A model generated the notes under the pieces. It saw nothing but the letters and a program-made list of their open reading frames with translations. It was not told where the DNA came from and did no database searches. A stretch of 63,989 nt of DNA, filler included, from Porpidia crustulata (taxonomy: Eukaryota), in the NCBI GenBank assembly GCA_964255105.1. It is 4 parts of 4 records of this genome, joined end to end, with 100 filler letters (N's around TTAATTAATTAA, not from the genome) between each part and the next. Parts side by side here need not be neighbours in the genome. Positions count along the whole stretch, not along the records: positions 33,034 to 49,339 come from CAXUWE010000263.1; positions 49,440 to 63,989 come from CAXUWE010000371.1; 2 more parts are not named here. One strand, written 5' to 3'. Of the stretch, positions 37,027 through 49,699 are shown in pieces. Position 1 is the first letter of the stretch; each line of letters opens with the position of its first letter. The position numbers and the translations under genes were made by a program.

Positions 37027-40000
37027 TCATGTATGAAATGTTTTGACTTGAGCAGACTCTAGGCGACTTTCCCCTTCCGCTGCCAGCTTCTCCCTCCTAA
37101 TTCGATAGAACTTATCCAGGCAATTCCTCCGTTGTGCTTGTGTCCAGCCTTCTACAACCAACGCAAATTCAGTTGCGTCTGCAAACCCAAACGTTTTGGC
37201 CATTGTACATAGCTGTCGTTTCATCACTTCGTGTGGAGGATGATATCTCCACCGTACCTCACTTTCCCCGTCACTGCTGCCGTCGTCCAACTGCCGTTTG
37301 CTGCTACGCTCTTGGGTATCTGCGAAGACATGCTGATCACAAATATCTATGTCATTTCCAGCTTCCTGCGCTCTTCGACTTAGATTGGCTTCGACGCTCG
37401 AGGAGCCAACGACCTCGCTATTTTCGTGAGTATATTCTATGCCAGCGCCAGCAAGAATGGCCTGGACGGGGTCACTTTTCTTTGAGCCTGGGCTGACCTT
37501 TCGTCTCTTTACGCTTCGTTCTGCTTCACCTTCTCCTACAACGAGCGCGGCCAATTGGCTCATTGCGCTATCTTCTCCATCTCCATCACCTAGCAACGGA
37601 TCACTCCCGACTAGTGACGGTCCATCTAGGTTCGTGCCAACAACAGAAACGCCGGCTTTCGATTCGGCGACATTTGTTTTATTGACAATGTCTCTTAGGA
37701 CGATATTGTCTCCCCTGAATGCAAATAGGTTGGCAAGGCCAAAGATTTCGCCCTTCTGTTCCGTTTTCTCCTGTACCCCTTTGAAGTACCTTCGCTCAGT
37801 GCTAGCTGTGTAGGCTATGTTCGCTTGCTGTTGCTTGTATATTTGTCTGGCATAAACAATCTCCTCAATCGTGCCCGCAGAAACTAGTCGGAAGACTTCA
37901 ACATCTCGGACTTGTCCTATGCGGTAGGCACGGTCTTGAGCTTGCAAATCGTATGACGGGTTCCAGTTCGGATCCACCACCACAACCTTATTTGCGGAAG
38001 TGATATTAAGACCTACTCCGCCAGCCTTCGTGGAAATGAGGAATACAAATTGGGCAGGGTCACTATTGAAATCGTCGACTACCTTAGCACGATCCCCGTA
38101 AGACATCGCACCGTCAAGATAGGCGACATTGTAGGATGTATGATTGAAAAGCATTTGTAACATCTTGAGCAGGCGTACACTGTGCGAGAAGACCAGAACT
38201 TTGTCGCCATTACCGTGCCAGAAACGAAGCAGTTTCTTCAATATCTTCCACTTCCCACAGAATTCAGGATTTGAGTAGTTCAAGATGGAGTCACGGCTCC
38301 GATAGAGAGCGCGCCATTCCGATGGAACCGCAATTTGCAGCATTTCGAGGTCTTTATCTTGTTTGTCCTTTGGATCAGTGCTCTGTGGGATCAATATCGC
38401 GAGATGATTGCTGAGCTTTTGTAGGTTCGAAATGGCAGGGAACACATACGATTGCCATTTGACGCCATTGGGTAGTAGTGCATAGCAACACCAGCCTCTT
38501 TTCTTGCCTAATCCACAATCACAGGACTCTGAGGCTGTCTTAATATATTGCATAACCTCGCCATCGATGATGTTCTCATATGCATCGGACTGGGTATCGG
38601 TAAGTGGACAAAATACAACTCGATCACTCTTCTTCGGTAGCTGATGGGCAATAATGGTCTTCATGCGGCGAAGAAAAAATTGTGGAAGAAGGTTTTCGAC
38701 GAGAGCCTTGGCAGTCTTTCGAGCTTTACTCAGCTGGTGGATTGTAGCATCATGAGACTGTCCCATCTTGAGAGGCTCACTAATGCTGGCTTTCCAGGTT
38801 GATATGGGGCCGAATTTCCCCGGATTGGTCCAATTCAGGAGTGTCCAAAGCTCGTCGTACGAATTCTGTATGGCAGTACCGGTAAGACCTATCCTACACA
38901 GTGCGTTGACTTCATTCATAGCCTGTGTAACCTCGGTATTTCTACCTTTGATTTGATGACATTCGTCTGCGATGACGCAATCCCACTCCACCATATTGAT
39001 CGCACTTTTGTTTGTCCTATATGTTGTGTAAGTAGTAATCATGATCTCGAGCTGCCCTGCTAGCGCGGCTTCGATTGCAGTCTCCTTTGTGCTACCATGA
39101 TAGACGTCTATGTGCCACCAACCCCATCGATTGAATTCAGTCTTCCAATTTTCTATCAACGTACCAGGGCATACTATAAGAACTTTGGGGTACCATCCGG
39201 CTTTGGCTCTTCGAAATTTTCGCATACGCTTTGCGTCTCGCTCATCACCAGTCTTTCCGAATGCTGCAGTAAGGAATGCAATCACCTGTACTGTTTTTCC
39301 CAAGCCCATATCATCTCCAAGGATGCCCCCTTTTTGGTAGACAAAAAGTCGATGGAGGAATGCAGTACCCTCTACCTGATACTCTCGGAGCCACTGTGCA
39401 ATTGGAGCTGGGATTAGCCCAAGAGAAAGCGCCAGTTGCATGTCCTTATACTTTGCAGATTGCTTTGTCAAAGGAAAATCGGGCTTCTCTCTCAGGTGCT
39501 CCAGGCTCTCATCGTCCGAGAAGTCAACGTCGTCGTAGCTTGGCGGTAACCTCAATCCTGACGTTTTCAGAATGCTCATCCGCTTGTCGAAGTTTGCACG
39601 CCTAGTCTGTAGGTAATCTGGTAACGTGTATTCCATCATGTTGTCATCAGAATCGGAGCCCCAATTCCGTAGCTTCTTAGGCGGACCTTTTCTTCGGGTT
39701 CTTCCATCACGCCCCCTAGAGTTCTTAGTGGAGCTATCATTTCTTTCCACTGCCTTAGCCTTCCTAACGCTTGCAGCGACTTCTTTCCTTTTCAAGGTCT
39801 TGCGATTCTTGAATCTGCTAAAGGCTTTGTCTCCATCGCTGTCCGACCAGAGTACCTTCTCCCCTTCCGCATAGACTCTGCCTCTCTGTACCTCTACCAC
39901 ATCATCCTCGGTCCTGTCGGTCTCGGCCCCAGTCTCTGAGTCAAATGGGTCTACTCCTGCCAAAGGTGGTTAGTATATACCACAAGGTATCCATTTCTGC

Positions 40001-40112
40001 CCCCGTTTGACAGCTAAGGAGACTCACTGTCCGCGCAGGTTTCAGTGTGCAATTTCTTTGTGATAGAGTTCACAACATCTAAATCATCGTCGCTTTCGGT
40101 CAAGGCCGTCAT
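37027..40112 (-). CDS. SNF2-family helicase, ERCC6L2/Rad26-like
   Basis: GGILGDDMGLGKT, DECH, LTGTAIQN, STKAGGVGLN, QAQDRAYRIGQ; YTHENSEVVGSS resembles the VIGSSK motif. Short first exon from ATG 40112. Confidence 0.9.
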
Positions 40113-40711
40113 GACTCGTCAGGTCCGTGCATCCAAAGTCATCGCTCGCATGGCGTTGCATGGCGGGGTGACGTGGGGTACGCTACCGTTTGTCGCGTCA
40201 ACGGGAGCTAGCATGGTACTTGTATACCTGTATTGTACGTGTGATTGAAAGATTACCTAGCTACTCAAGGAGACTGATATCTCAGCCCAATCTCGTATGC
40301 CNNNNNNNNNNTCATCAATCATACTGCGCTTCAATCGAGGTAATGAACCGAACATTTCTCAAGAGCTCATGGAATTCAAGCACATTTCAGTGAAGTCAAC
40401 AAAAGGGTCCCAACCGACCCTTGCGGGCCAATTCAACAGCCGAGATCTACTCCAAAGAGTCCCATGAGATCAACCGATACGATGACTCGGCACCATAAGG
40501 ACCCTTGAGACCGAGTCAGATGTTGCTCTGGCCGGATTAGGGAAAGGGCGAGTCGCTTCTACGGAGGTTTGAGGATTATGCGCCTTTCCGCAGCTCTCGC
40601 CCATCTCGATGATTAGGAATCCTGTTCAGTTGTGTATGATTTCAATGCAGATATCGCCTTGATGTGATCCTGCTTTTGCAGGGAGGACGAAAAAAGTTGG
40701 CAGACGTCGCT

Positions 40712-41327
40712 ATGATCTGTTCGGTACTTTTCTTGAGCGTCTTCCTCCTCCACTCCGTCTCAATCCTTGCTTTACCCTCAACGCGGGACTTGTCGTCTTT
40801 CAACGTCAGCACTGACGATGAGGATTGCTTTCGACCGCAGCCTCACTTGAAAGAACTCACTGAAACGGACTGCAAAGCCGCAGTGAACAAAATCTTCCTG
40901 GCGCCTGAGTAAGTGTAATGTCAGAAGTCTCTTGGCTTAGGGTGATAAAGGGTTGGGGCATCTTCTCGGGATCCTGCTGGAGATGCGTTACAAGGCTGTT
41001 AGTTTCAATTAGCAGGAGCGTTGCTAACGAGAGATTTTTGTCAGTGTCATGGCTGATAAAACGTGGTCGGTTCCTGCATCGCGAAGGCTCTTGCTAGGCT
41101 CATGGGTTTCTGGCAATTGCGCGGTTGAACTTGTTGGGTTTGATCTTGCAGCAGAGGATACCTTCTCGGCATATTCGGTGTCACAAGAAGCACAGATCCT
41201 CATAGAAGAGTGTGTAACAGGAAGGATAAAGATTGGAGGAAGGAAAACAATCGGTTCGAAGGGACTATTTCGCGTCATAGTCTGGCATGAAGACTATAGA
41301 CGGCCTTTGGTGCTTGGGATTTTATGA
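40712..41327 (+). CDS. Small secreted cysteine-containing protein, 159 aa (candidate effector)
   Basis: Signal peptide MICSVLFLSVFLLHSVSILA; intron 40909-41044 (GTAAGT..GCTAAC..CAG) joins two ORFs in frame; four Cys in the mature part. Confidence 0.75.
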
Positions 41328-42095
41328 GCTATTGTTTTGAGGATGGTCAAATATTTGAGATCAGATATGCCTTTTAGGGGCATGCTTTGGAGACTTTTAC
41401 AGGGTGGAACGCCATGGATACAATGTATTCTTCATTTGATAGCTCAAGAACTGCCTATATTCTTCAGAGAAATTGTTGTAGAAAGAAGTCGTCTAGGAGA
41501 TACCAAATTTCGGATGCTGCCATAGTCAAATTGAGCATCTAGTAGCCAAACCTGGCTGCGCGATCATCGAATGAGCTCCAATAACTATTCGCGCCGGAGC
41601 AAGCACTAGATGAGAGGTTCCGCAATGGATCAAGGTCGCGCTGGACGGATCCAGCTTCGTTGATAGCGTGAGAACAAGCTCACTTGTACAGGGACTAGAC
41701 ATACTATGCTGCATTTGAACGCCAGCCATTCAGATACCATGTCCAGTGAGCGAATGACGTCCCATGCGAAAGGTCCTATTACAGCTTCACTAACCTGAGA
41801 TGGAAATCATTTTATGTCCAGATTACTTCGAATCTCAGCCGATCACTTTCTCCTATAAAGAATTACACTGGACAACCACTGCTTTCCTTGGGTAGAAAGA
41901 GTAAGTGATGGTCACGGTCTATTAATAGAATCGCATTGCTGCGTAAGCACCGTATTTCTAAGGTACCTATCTATTCCAACGTCCCGTCTCATATGCAGAG
42001 CTTTCCGTCTTTTGATAAGTAATCTTGGCCCCGTTTTCATGATCATGAGTATCGGAAAGACTTTCAGTGACATATAGTAGTACCAATTTGTTATC

Positions 42096-43074
42096 ATGCT
42101 CTGGCAGCCTTCCCATACGCTAAATGCTTTTCAAATATGCTCCATCCTGTTGTATTTCCTTCTTTTCAGCTCACTACTCTTCTACCTACGTTTAAGCCAC
42201 GAGCATCGTATCAACCACCCGGTAGAGCCTCAGACCCCCGATTGTGCCCCAATTCATGTTTTCGCTGCTAGAGGCTCAGGAGAACCGGTTGGCCCTGGCG
42301 CAATGGGATACTTAGCAACGTTGATACAGATTGACCATCCGGGCACAACATCAGAAGCCATCGATTATCCAGCCTTGCTAGATCCGAACGATCCTACCAA
42401 ATATGCCTTCTCGACCCATGTCGGGGTTAGTGCCATTATGTGGCAAGTGACCAGTTACTACAATCGATGTCCAGATTCGAAGATGGTACTGCTAGGTTAC
42501 TCGCAGGTACTGGCTCTCCCTATTGCTATGGGAAGTCTTGTTGACGCGAGTAATAATAAAGGGTGCACATATCATTGGCGATGCCCTTTGCGGTGGCGGT
42601 GGTTGGGAGCTCTACCAAGACCAGAATGCTCTGGGGCCTTCAAATTGCCCCATGAATCAGACAGTTGGTTCTCAAGGTTCGTATCCATTCATGAGATACC
42701 TTGTTCCGGATGGATTGGATTTTTATGATTGTTTGACAGTGGCCGCGATAATTCAAGCGGGTGATCCTCGCCACGTCGTCGGACAACCATATGATGTGGG
42801 AACTTCAGCCCGTGATGGAGTACGTTGCCTCTCCCCCAATTCCCTCTCAGTCTTTGGAGTTCATGGAGACCATGGTCTAAGAAGACTCTTTCAACAGATT
42901 ATACCTCGGTTTTTACCTTCCCAAAATTGCGATGCATACGCATCCAGAATTCAAAGCTATTGCGACTTTGATGACTTCTTCTGTGACAGCGGAACTAGCC
43001 TAGATGTTCACGAGAGCTATGCAAAGTACGTGGGAGATGCACGCACATTCATTAATGATATGTTGCAATGCTAG
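42096..43074 (+). CDS. CE5 cutinase/acetylxylan esterase-like protein, multi-exon
   Basis: C..IHVFAARGSGEP, IDYPA, CPDSKMVLLGYSQ/GAHI (GYSQG across an intron), GDPRH, SYCDFDDFFCDSG, VHESY; hydrophobic N-terminus. Confidence 0.85.
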
Positions 43075-43449
43075 ATAGCTCACTTTGGACAAGTCCATTT
43101 CTGCGATAGAATAGATAGGTAGAGTTTCTGGTATAGATACCACGATCTAGTAGAGGTATTTAAAAATATAATACACTATCTCGAACTGTGCACCATGACG
43201 CGCTATCATGTGAAAACATAGTGCATCTACATATACCTGCCTTACCTTTCAAAGCTCGATTCTGTAGAGAAAACCAGTAGACATCTCCGAAACGTCCGAG
43301 TCTGAGGTCTTACTCCTTTCTTCTTGCCTTTCTGCTCTTTTTCCCTTAATTTCCCTAATTTTCGTCTACCTAAATTTTCTTCTCCCTACTTTCTTTCCTC
43401 TGAACCTCTGATATTCGGATCAAATTATATATCCACTGCCTTTCTACTA

Positions 43450-44323
43450 ATGCCCCTCGATACTTCCACTTACTCGCTCGCGCTCCTCCGCCTCGATGGA
43501 CGGCGCTGGAATGAGCTTCGCCGCATACATGCCCAGATATCCACCCAAGCTGCTGCCGATGGCTCTTCTTACTTAGAAATGGGTAATACGAAAGTCATCT
43601 GTACGGTTTCTGGGCCTGCTGAAGGGAGAAGAGGAGGAAGTGGGGGTGGAGGCTGGGATGACGGTGCGGAGATTAGGGTGGAAATCGCGGTTGCGGGCTT
43701 TAGTGGAGTGGACAGAAAAAGAAGAGGGAGGGCGGATAAGTAAGTTTCTTGTGGCTGGTGGTGGTCTGGGTTGCATTAGGAGAGATTAGTATAGAAAGTT
43801 GATGATCTTTCTATACAACAGGCGAACTCAAGAAATGCAATCCACCATCTCCTCAGCCTTCGCCTCCACCCTCCTTACACATCTATACCCCCACTCCACC
43901 ATTGTTCTGACTTTACATGTGCTATCGCAAGACGGATCCTTGCTCGCTGCTTGCCTCAATGCGTCTACACTTGCTCTAGTCGACGCTGGAGTACCTATGA
44001 AGGACTACGTCGTTGCCTGTACAAGTGGTTGTCTCTCCTCATCGATATCATCCTCTCGGAACAGCGGTAGTGGAGAAGATGGAGGTACCGACCCGCTTCT
44101 CGACCTCAATGGGCAAGAGGAACAGGAACTGCCATTCTTGACAGTCGGGACTGTTGGTGCGGGAGAGAACGTGGTTGTGTGTGTGATGGAGAGTAGAGTC
44201 CACGTGGGGAGGCTCGAAGGCATGTTAGCAGTCGGAGTGGATGGCTGTAAGCAGGTAAGGGAGATTCTAGATGGGGTAGTGAGAAGGCAGGGGAGGAAGG
44301 TACTGGACAGTGTGGCTGGGTGA
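43450..44323 (+). CDS. RRP41: Exosome core subunit Rrp41/Ski6 (RNase PH fold)
   Basis: LRLDGRRWNELRR, ADGSSYLEMGNTKVICTVSGP, HVLSQDGSLLAACLNASTLALVDAGVPMKDY, DPLLDLN..EEQE; one intron about 43740-43821. Confidence 0.9.
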
Positions 44324-45420
44324 AAAAATAAGGTATCACCATCTGGAAACCCGTCACCGGACGTAAGCTTTTCTACAACAGTAGCAGAATACGATGACCA
44401 GAGGATCAAAATCTCACCAAACAACGCGACTTGCTCCTTTGCTACTATAAGAAATCTGTCAGCCTTGTCAAGATCATCAAAGTCACAACGGATCCTATTC
44501 ACAACAATCGTCCTTGCAGCAAGCCAATTATCTACGGTTCAGCTATTTAGCCACTCAAGTCATCGGTATCCCCAAACTCCATATCCTCCGGACTAAGCTC
44601 GGTAGCTTTCATACCTTTGTCTATACAATACTCGAGTCGCTCTTGGCTACATACTACTAGCAAAGTATCGGTATGGACGGATTCAAAGTCTTTATTAGTC
44701 ATTGTGGAAGTCTTTTTACTACTAAGAGACCGTTACGGGCGAAGGACGCCGGCCCGTCACTTCCAGGTCAACGATTCATTCTCAGAATGCCAGCAACTGT
44801 GTCGTGGCTAGCCATTCATTTTCTCGGATTCCCACCGCTGTATTCCGTATGGAACTGGATACCAAAGGACACAATTTCCGAAGCCGTATGGTCGGCAGGA
44901 AGAGTTGCAAAGACCTAGAAGATAAAATTTCCTCGAACGGATCTATGCGTTTGGATTGGCCTGCATGTTGAACAAATTCCGAAGATGGTCTACGAGTTCG
45001 GAGTACTATGACTGTAGGGTTACTTGGACTGCAAAGGTCATTCACGGGTAGAACAGTAATTCCAGGCGACCCGGCCCGGGTTTTAGTGGGCTTTGGACTC
45101 CTTGATCCCTACTCTCGGTGTAAGTATAAGAAACCTCAAAAGCATGTCGCTTGGACGTTGTAGATGCCCTCCCGTCATCGAAAGACCATCAGATGCTACA
45201 CCCTGTGCGGACAAGCAGCAAAAGAGCCAGGAAGGATGACGCAAGGGGAACACTCAGATGCTTTTAAATGCGCAAAAGTTCTGGGTATCCTACAAAAATC
45301 CACCGCCACCGCCTTTTCGTCCCCAAGCCAGGACATCCTGCACTAGAACGCCTGATGCCGGAACCATACACTTCGCCCACAAAAGCTATCTTACATATCA
45401 TTACTCCTCCACGGCACACC

Positions 45421-47169
45421 TCAACCCCTCCCAGGCGGCGCCAGAAAACCCCCTTGCGGTCCCTTGTACCCCGGCGGCGGCCCCTGCGGCGAATGCGCCC
45501 CGTACTCGAGCGGAATATCGTTGTGAAACTCCGGCGCAATATACGTCTGGCTGAGGTTTGCCTGGCTCAGGTTGCCCTGGCGGAAGTTTTGCGCTGCAGG
45601 GGTCTGGTAGGCGCCTCTGCGGCGCTGGCGGCGGGATTTCCAGAAGAGGGAGGCGGCGATGAGGAGGGCGGTAACGACGACGATGATGATGTAAGGGATG
45701 TTGAGGTTGGAGGAGGAGGCGAAGTTGAAACCGCTGAGTGGCGAGAGTGGGAGATTAGTTGGGAGTTTCTAGGTGCGGGGAGGAGAGTGAGGTGGTTTAA
45801 ATAGGGGGCTTACAAGGAGCCGTTGATGATTCCAATGCAGATGACGGCGGGGCCGAGGAAGCGGTGGATGTGGGACATGATGGTGGGTTTCATGTTCTTT
45901 TTGTAGACCCGGTGGTGGAGGAAGCCAAGCGTTGCTTGCACGAGCACTAGGAAAAGGACGGTCAAGCCGATGATTTGATGCTTATCATTGTAGTGCTTAG
46001 ACTGTCAATGGCGTCAGTTGGTTTCTTGTCAGAGCACGACTCGCCTCCGTGTAAAAACTTCTTACCCTGTTGTACGTATTACTCAGACTCATTCCGATTC
46101 CAGACCCCACGATAACGATGAGGCCGCCCAGCGCCTGCGCCATCCAATGGAAGCGTACGTTCTCGAATATGCGGAGTATGGCGGCCCCGATCGGGAACAG
46201 CAAGACGAATGTTCCGCACATGGCGAGAGCGTGCAGCGCAGAAGCGTAGTCGTGGTCTCTTTTGGGGCTGCCAATGACTGTGGCGTTGTGGTTCTGCGTG
46301 GTATCGCCGGGGAAGTCACCAGGATAACCGGTTGCAGACTGCATGTCTATAGTGAAGGAGCCGTCTAATTGAGCTCAGAATTAGCACTGCTACGATAGAC
46401 CTAAGTGTGATGTATGTCCAGGTCTATTACTTTCATGGGTCGTTTGTCCGCTCGAAGTAGGCGGGAGGAAAGGCGAAAGGAAACTTACAGAACTCATGCC
46501 TCCGGAGCCCTGCGTCGATCGCGTTGCTCTTCAACTTGTTCCCGGGCCCGATAGCGTAGATCATGTTTTGAGTCCTGGACTTGAAGTCGAGCGAGCCCCC
46601 GTCCCAGTATCGACAGTCGTGGCAGATCCCGTTGACGATGTAATGATTACCATCGACACCCGAGTCCGGTCGACGAGTGATTGTTATGTTGGTATCAGCG
46701 ACGGGTTCGGAATTGCCCCTGCTTATCCTGGGGCTGACGGTAAAATCTGGAACCATTGTTGGTCAGTATACTTGGATGCCATCTATGTGCCTGAGGGTCA
46801 TCTTACTTTTATCGTATTGATCGGGATACACAATGAGCATCAATGAATTTTTCATCTCCTTACCGAACCCAACCCCGATCCATGAATTGCCATATGGACC
46901 TTTTATTTGGAATTCAATGTCGTCGACATGAGGCGGAACCATGGGGATGTTGATCGAAAATGTAAAGTTCTTGTCCCCGCCGGCAGAGACGAAGGTGGAT
47001 TTGGCCGACGAGGCTGCGTCTGCGCTGACAAGACTCGCCAATGTAGCTATTATATATGTTAGATATGTATAAGTGGAATCCAATTGTCTGAGCGATTGAA
47101 GGCTTGGCAGGACGTACTGAGATAAGCCGCAAGGGTTGTTAAGCAGAGCAGTGTCCTGAATGGTCCCAT
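45421..47169 (-). CDS. Membrane protein with DOMON (CDH-cytochrome-like) and cytochrome b561-like domains
   Basis: Signal peptide MGPFRTLLCLTTLAAYL/TTLASLVSA; SWIGVGFGKEMKNSLML, SPR...GICHDCRYW..LRRH; TM His residues (LHALAM, FHWMAQ, KHQIIG, IHRFLG); stop at 45421. Confidence 0.85.
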
Positions 47170-48282
47170 CGTGGGCGTGTGTCTGATCCGACAGTAGAAC
47201 TGTAGTTCTCCTGCACTATTCGCCTTGCTCGCTGAACAGGAAAGTGTAGACTCAATCCTAAAGCGTCGAAAGAAAACGAAGAGACGAACACGCTGACAGG
47301 AGGTGCCGAAATGTTCTTTCAGCGATTGACGGTGTGTGGATCGAAACGGAAACCGGAGCCGCGTTGACGTGAAACCACGCGTTCTGTTTTCAGGGGTACT
47401 CTAATAATCTCCCGGCAGGATACAGTGGAGGCTAGAGTACGGGCAACTACTGCACGTCAACCTGTCCTAATTCCTAAACTCCTCATTGTCATGATTATGT
47501 GTATAAGTCAGATACTATAAGGACAAAATGTAGTAAGCTTCCTTCGAGATTCTGATACAACAAAGAACTTGATGGGGCCATCTCCAAGGGTCCAAATACG
47601 GCCTTGTCTGTGGCCCTTGTGAAATGGCCTGGAAAACATGCCTTCAATTATAAAGAACGAAGAGTAATTGATTGCCTCGATAATCGATCTACTGAGCAAT
47701 AGATGTGATCTACAACCTCCAAAATTATGCTACACAAATCATGTTCCGAATTTGAGGACTTATTGAATAGGCGCATGGCTCCTGGAGTTCTGCCCTTGGA
47801 AATTTCAATCCAAGGAAATCAGGACTTAAATTTCCCTCAAGCTCTGACCATGGACAATCACACAGTTCCAGGATATAGTTCTGGATTTTTGTTCATTTCC
47901 AAATCGATCTTCTCATTCTAACTTCGTAACCCTTCTTTGCTTTAGTGGACCCAATAGACTCCCGTATCATGTAAATGCTTGTTTTACTAGGCATCCTACG
48001 AAGACATTTTCACAGTACGCCTCGGACGCCAGCAGGCTCTGTCCTGACAAGGGACTGAGAAGCACTCCAGAGAAGGAGACGTTGATGCTGGTAAAGGGCT
48101 TCCATAATTGTTTCTTATCTTACAAACTCCATCATCCTGAGACCAGCAATACAAAGAAAAACTTTCGTCAGGCCCGTACTTATACTCACTCTACTGAAAT
48201 CCAACCCACACAAGTCAGCCTCCCGGCCTACGATCCATGCCCTCCGAAGTTTTCCGCGCCCCCAATTCCTCTCGAAGAACCA

Positions 48283-48840
48283 TCACCACCTCCCTTCGGT
48301 CCAACAACCTTCGAGAACAGCTTTCTTATCGTCCCCCTCCCCTTTTATTCGAGATTCATCCGACTTGAAGCTCTTCAGCTCAGGCCTACGTGGCGTGTAT
48401 GCAGGAGGATCTTCCAAAGCACGGCTTGTGTGGCTGCTCAAATTTGCGCGCGCCTCTGGATAATGGTTTTTATAATTGGCTAAACTGGGGTGAACCTTCG
48501 ACGGTAGTCCAAACTGTGCCTTTTCCGACAGAATGGAGCTGGTGGGGAGATGCTCTGTCGAATTCGAGACGGGGATTTTGTCTGACCACGATGGGGCTTT
48601 TCCGGGGTTGGGTGGCGACATGTTGGTGGGAGGTGTGGTAGGTTCGGCCGTCGCGTCGGCCGCTGTGTTGGGAAGACTGTTGCTAGAGGCAGAAGAGGTG
48701 TCATTGTTAGACACAGACAAAGATTCGGGCATCTTGCTGATTTCTCTCGGTGTGTGCTTAATCTTGAGTCCTCTGGACGAGGCTGTGGAGGCTTTGATGG
48801 CGTCTTTTGCGATTTGAAAATCAATGGTATGACTTGACAT
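48283..48840 (-). CDS. Hypothetical low-complexity S/P/T-rich protein
   Basis: ATG-initiated 185-aa ORF; no recognisable domain; the 3' end may be affected by a G-homopolymer frameshift. Confidence 0.4.
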   Translation of the reverse strand: MSSHTIDFQIAKDAIKASTASSRGLKIKHTPREISKMPESLSVSNNDTSSASSNSLPNTAADATAEPTTPPTNMSPPNPGKAPSWSDKIPVSNSTEHLPTSSILSEKAQFGLPSKVHPSLANYKNHYPEARANLSSHTSRALEDPPAYTPRRPELKSFKSDESRIKGEGDDKKAVLEGCWTEGRW

Positions 48841-49699
48841 GATGTTTGTATTTTCCCAGTGTTATTATGGAGATGGTTCAGATTCAGGTTTATAAGGGAG
48901 TTGGGAAAGAGCACTGGAGAGCACTGCCCGGTAAGTTGTCATTTGCCTTCACCACATTGATATTGACTCCATTGTGTTTCATCATTGTATAAGAATCTCA
49001 GGTCCATTCACTGGAGCACAGACTTCCTGTGGCGACATTCACATCTCGTTCGGTGTTGTCTTCATGGCTTCAATGCTTTTTAAATTGTTTCCCCCCTCAT
49101 TGACTCTCAATTTACAAAATTTCTTGATTATTCACTACCTTGCAGTTGTCCTGACGTCTGTTACCCGAATGAAGCACCAGCGCGACGTCTGTCACATTTT
49201 TTTCAAGCTCATTTCTTCATGTATTGAACTCTGAATATACTCAAAGACTCGCTCCAACTCCGAAAGACCTTTCAATAATCTATAATACATCCGAAAATTT
49301 TCAAACTCTGTTTCCCCCTTTTCACCTTCTCCCCCTACCNNNNNNNNNNNNNNNNNNNNNNNNNNNNNNNNNNNNNNNNNNNNTTAATTAATTAANNNNN
49401 NNNNNNNNNNNNNNNNNNNNNNNNNNNNNNNNNNNNNNNTGGTTGGATATTGATATGGATATGGTGTTTAGGATAGGGGTTTGTTTGCGCTTAGATTGGG
49501 TAACGTTCCGTGTCGTGATAAAAGCATTAAGATTACTGGTGAAAGGCATCCATCGAGATATTTGAGTTTGAATGCATTGTCATAGCTGAAAGAATTCCTC
49601 GTGTTTTTCTTTTTATGTGGATCTACTGATTGTGACAAAAGTCAGACGCTNNNNNNNNNNNNNNNNNNNCACGACCTTAGCGCAATTACCCCCTATTAT

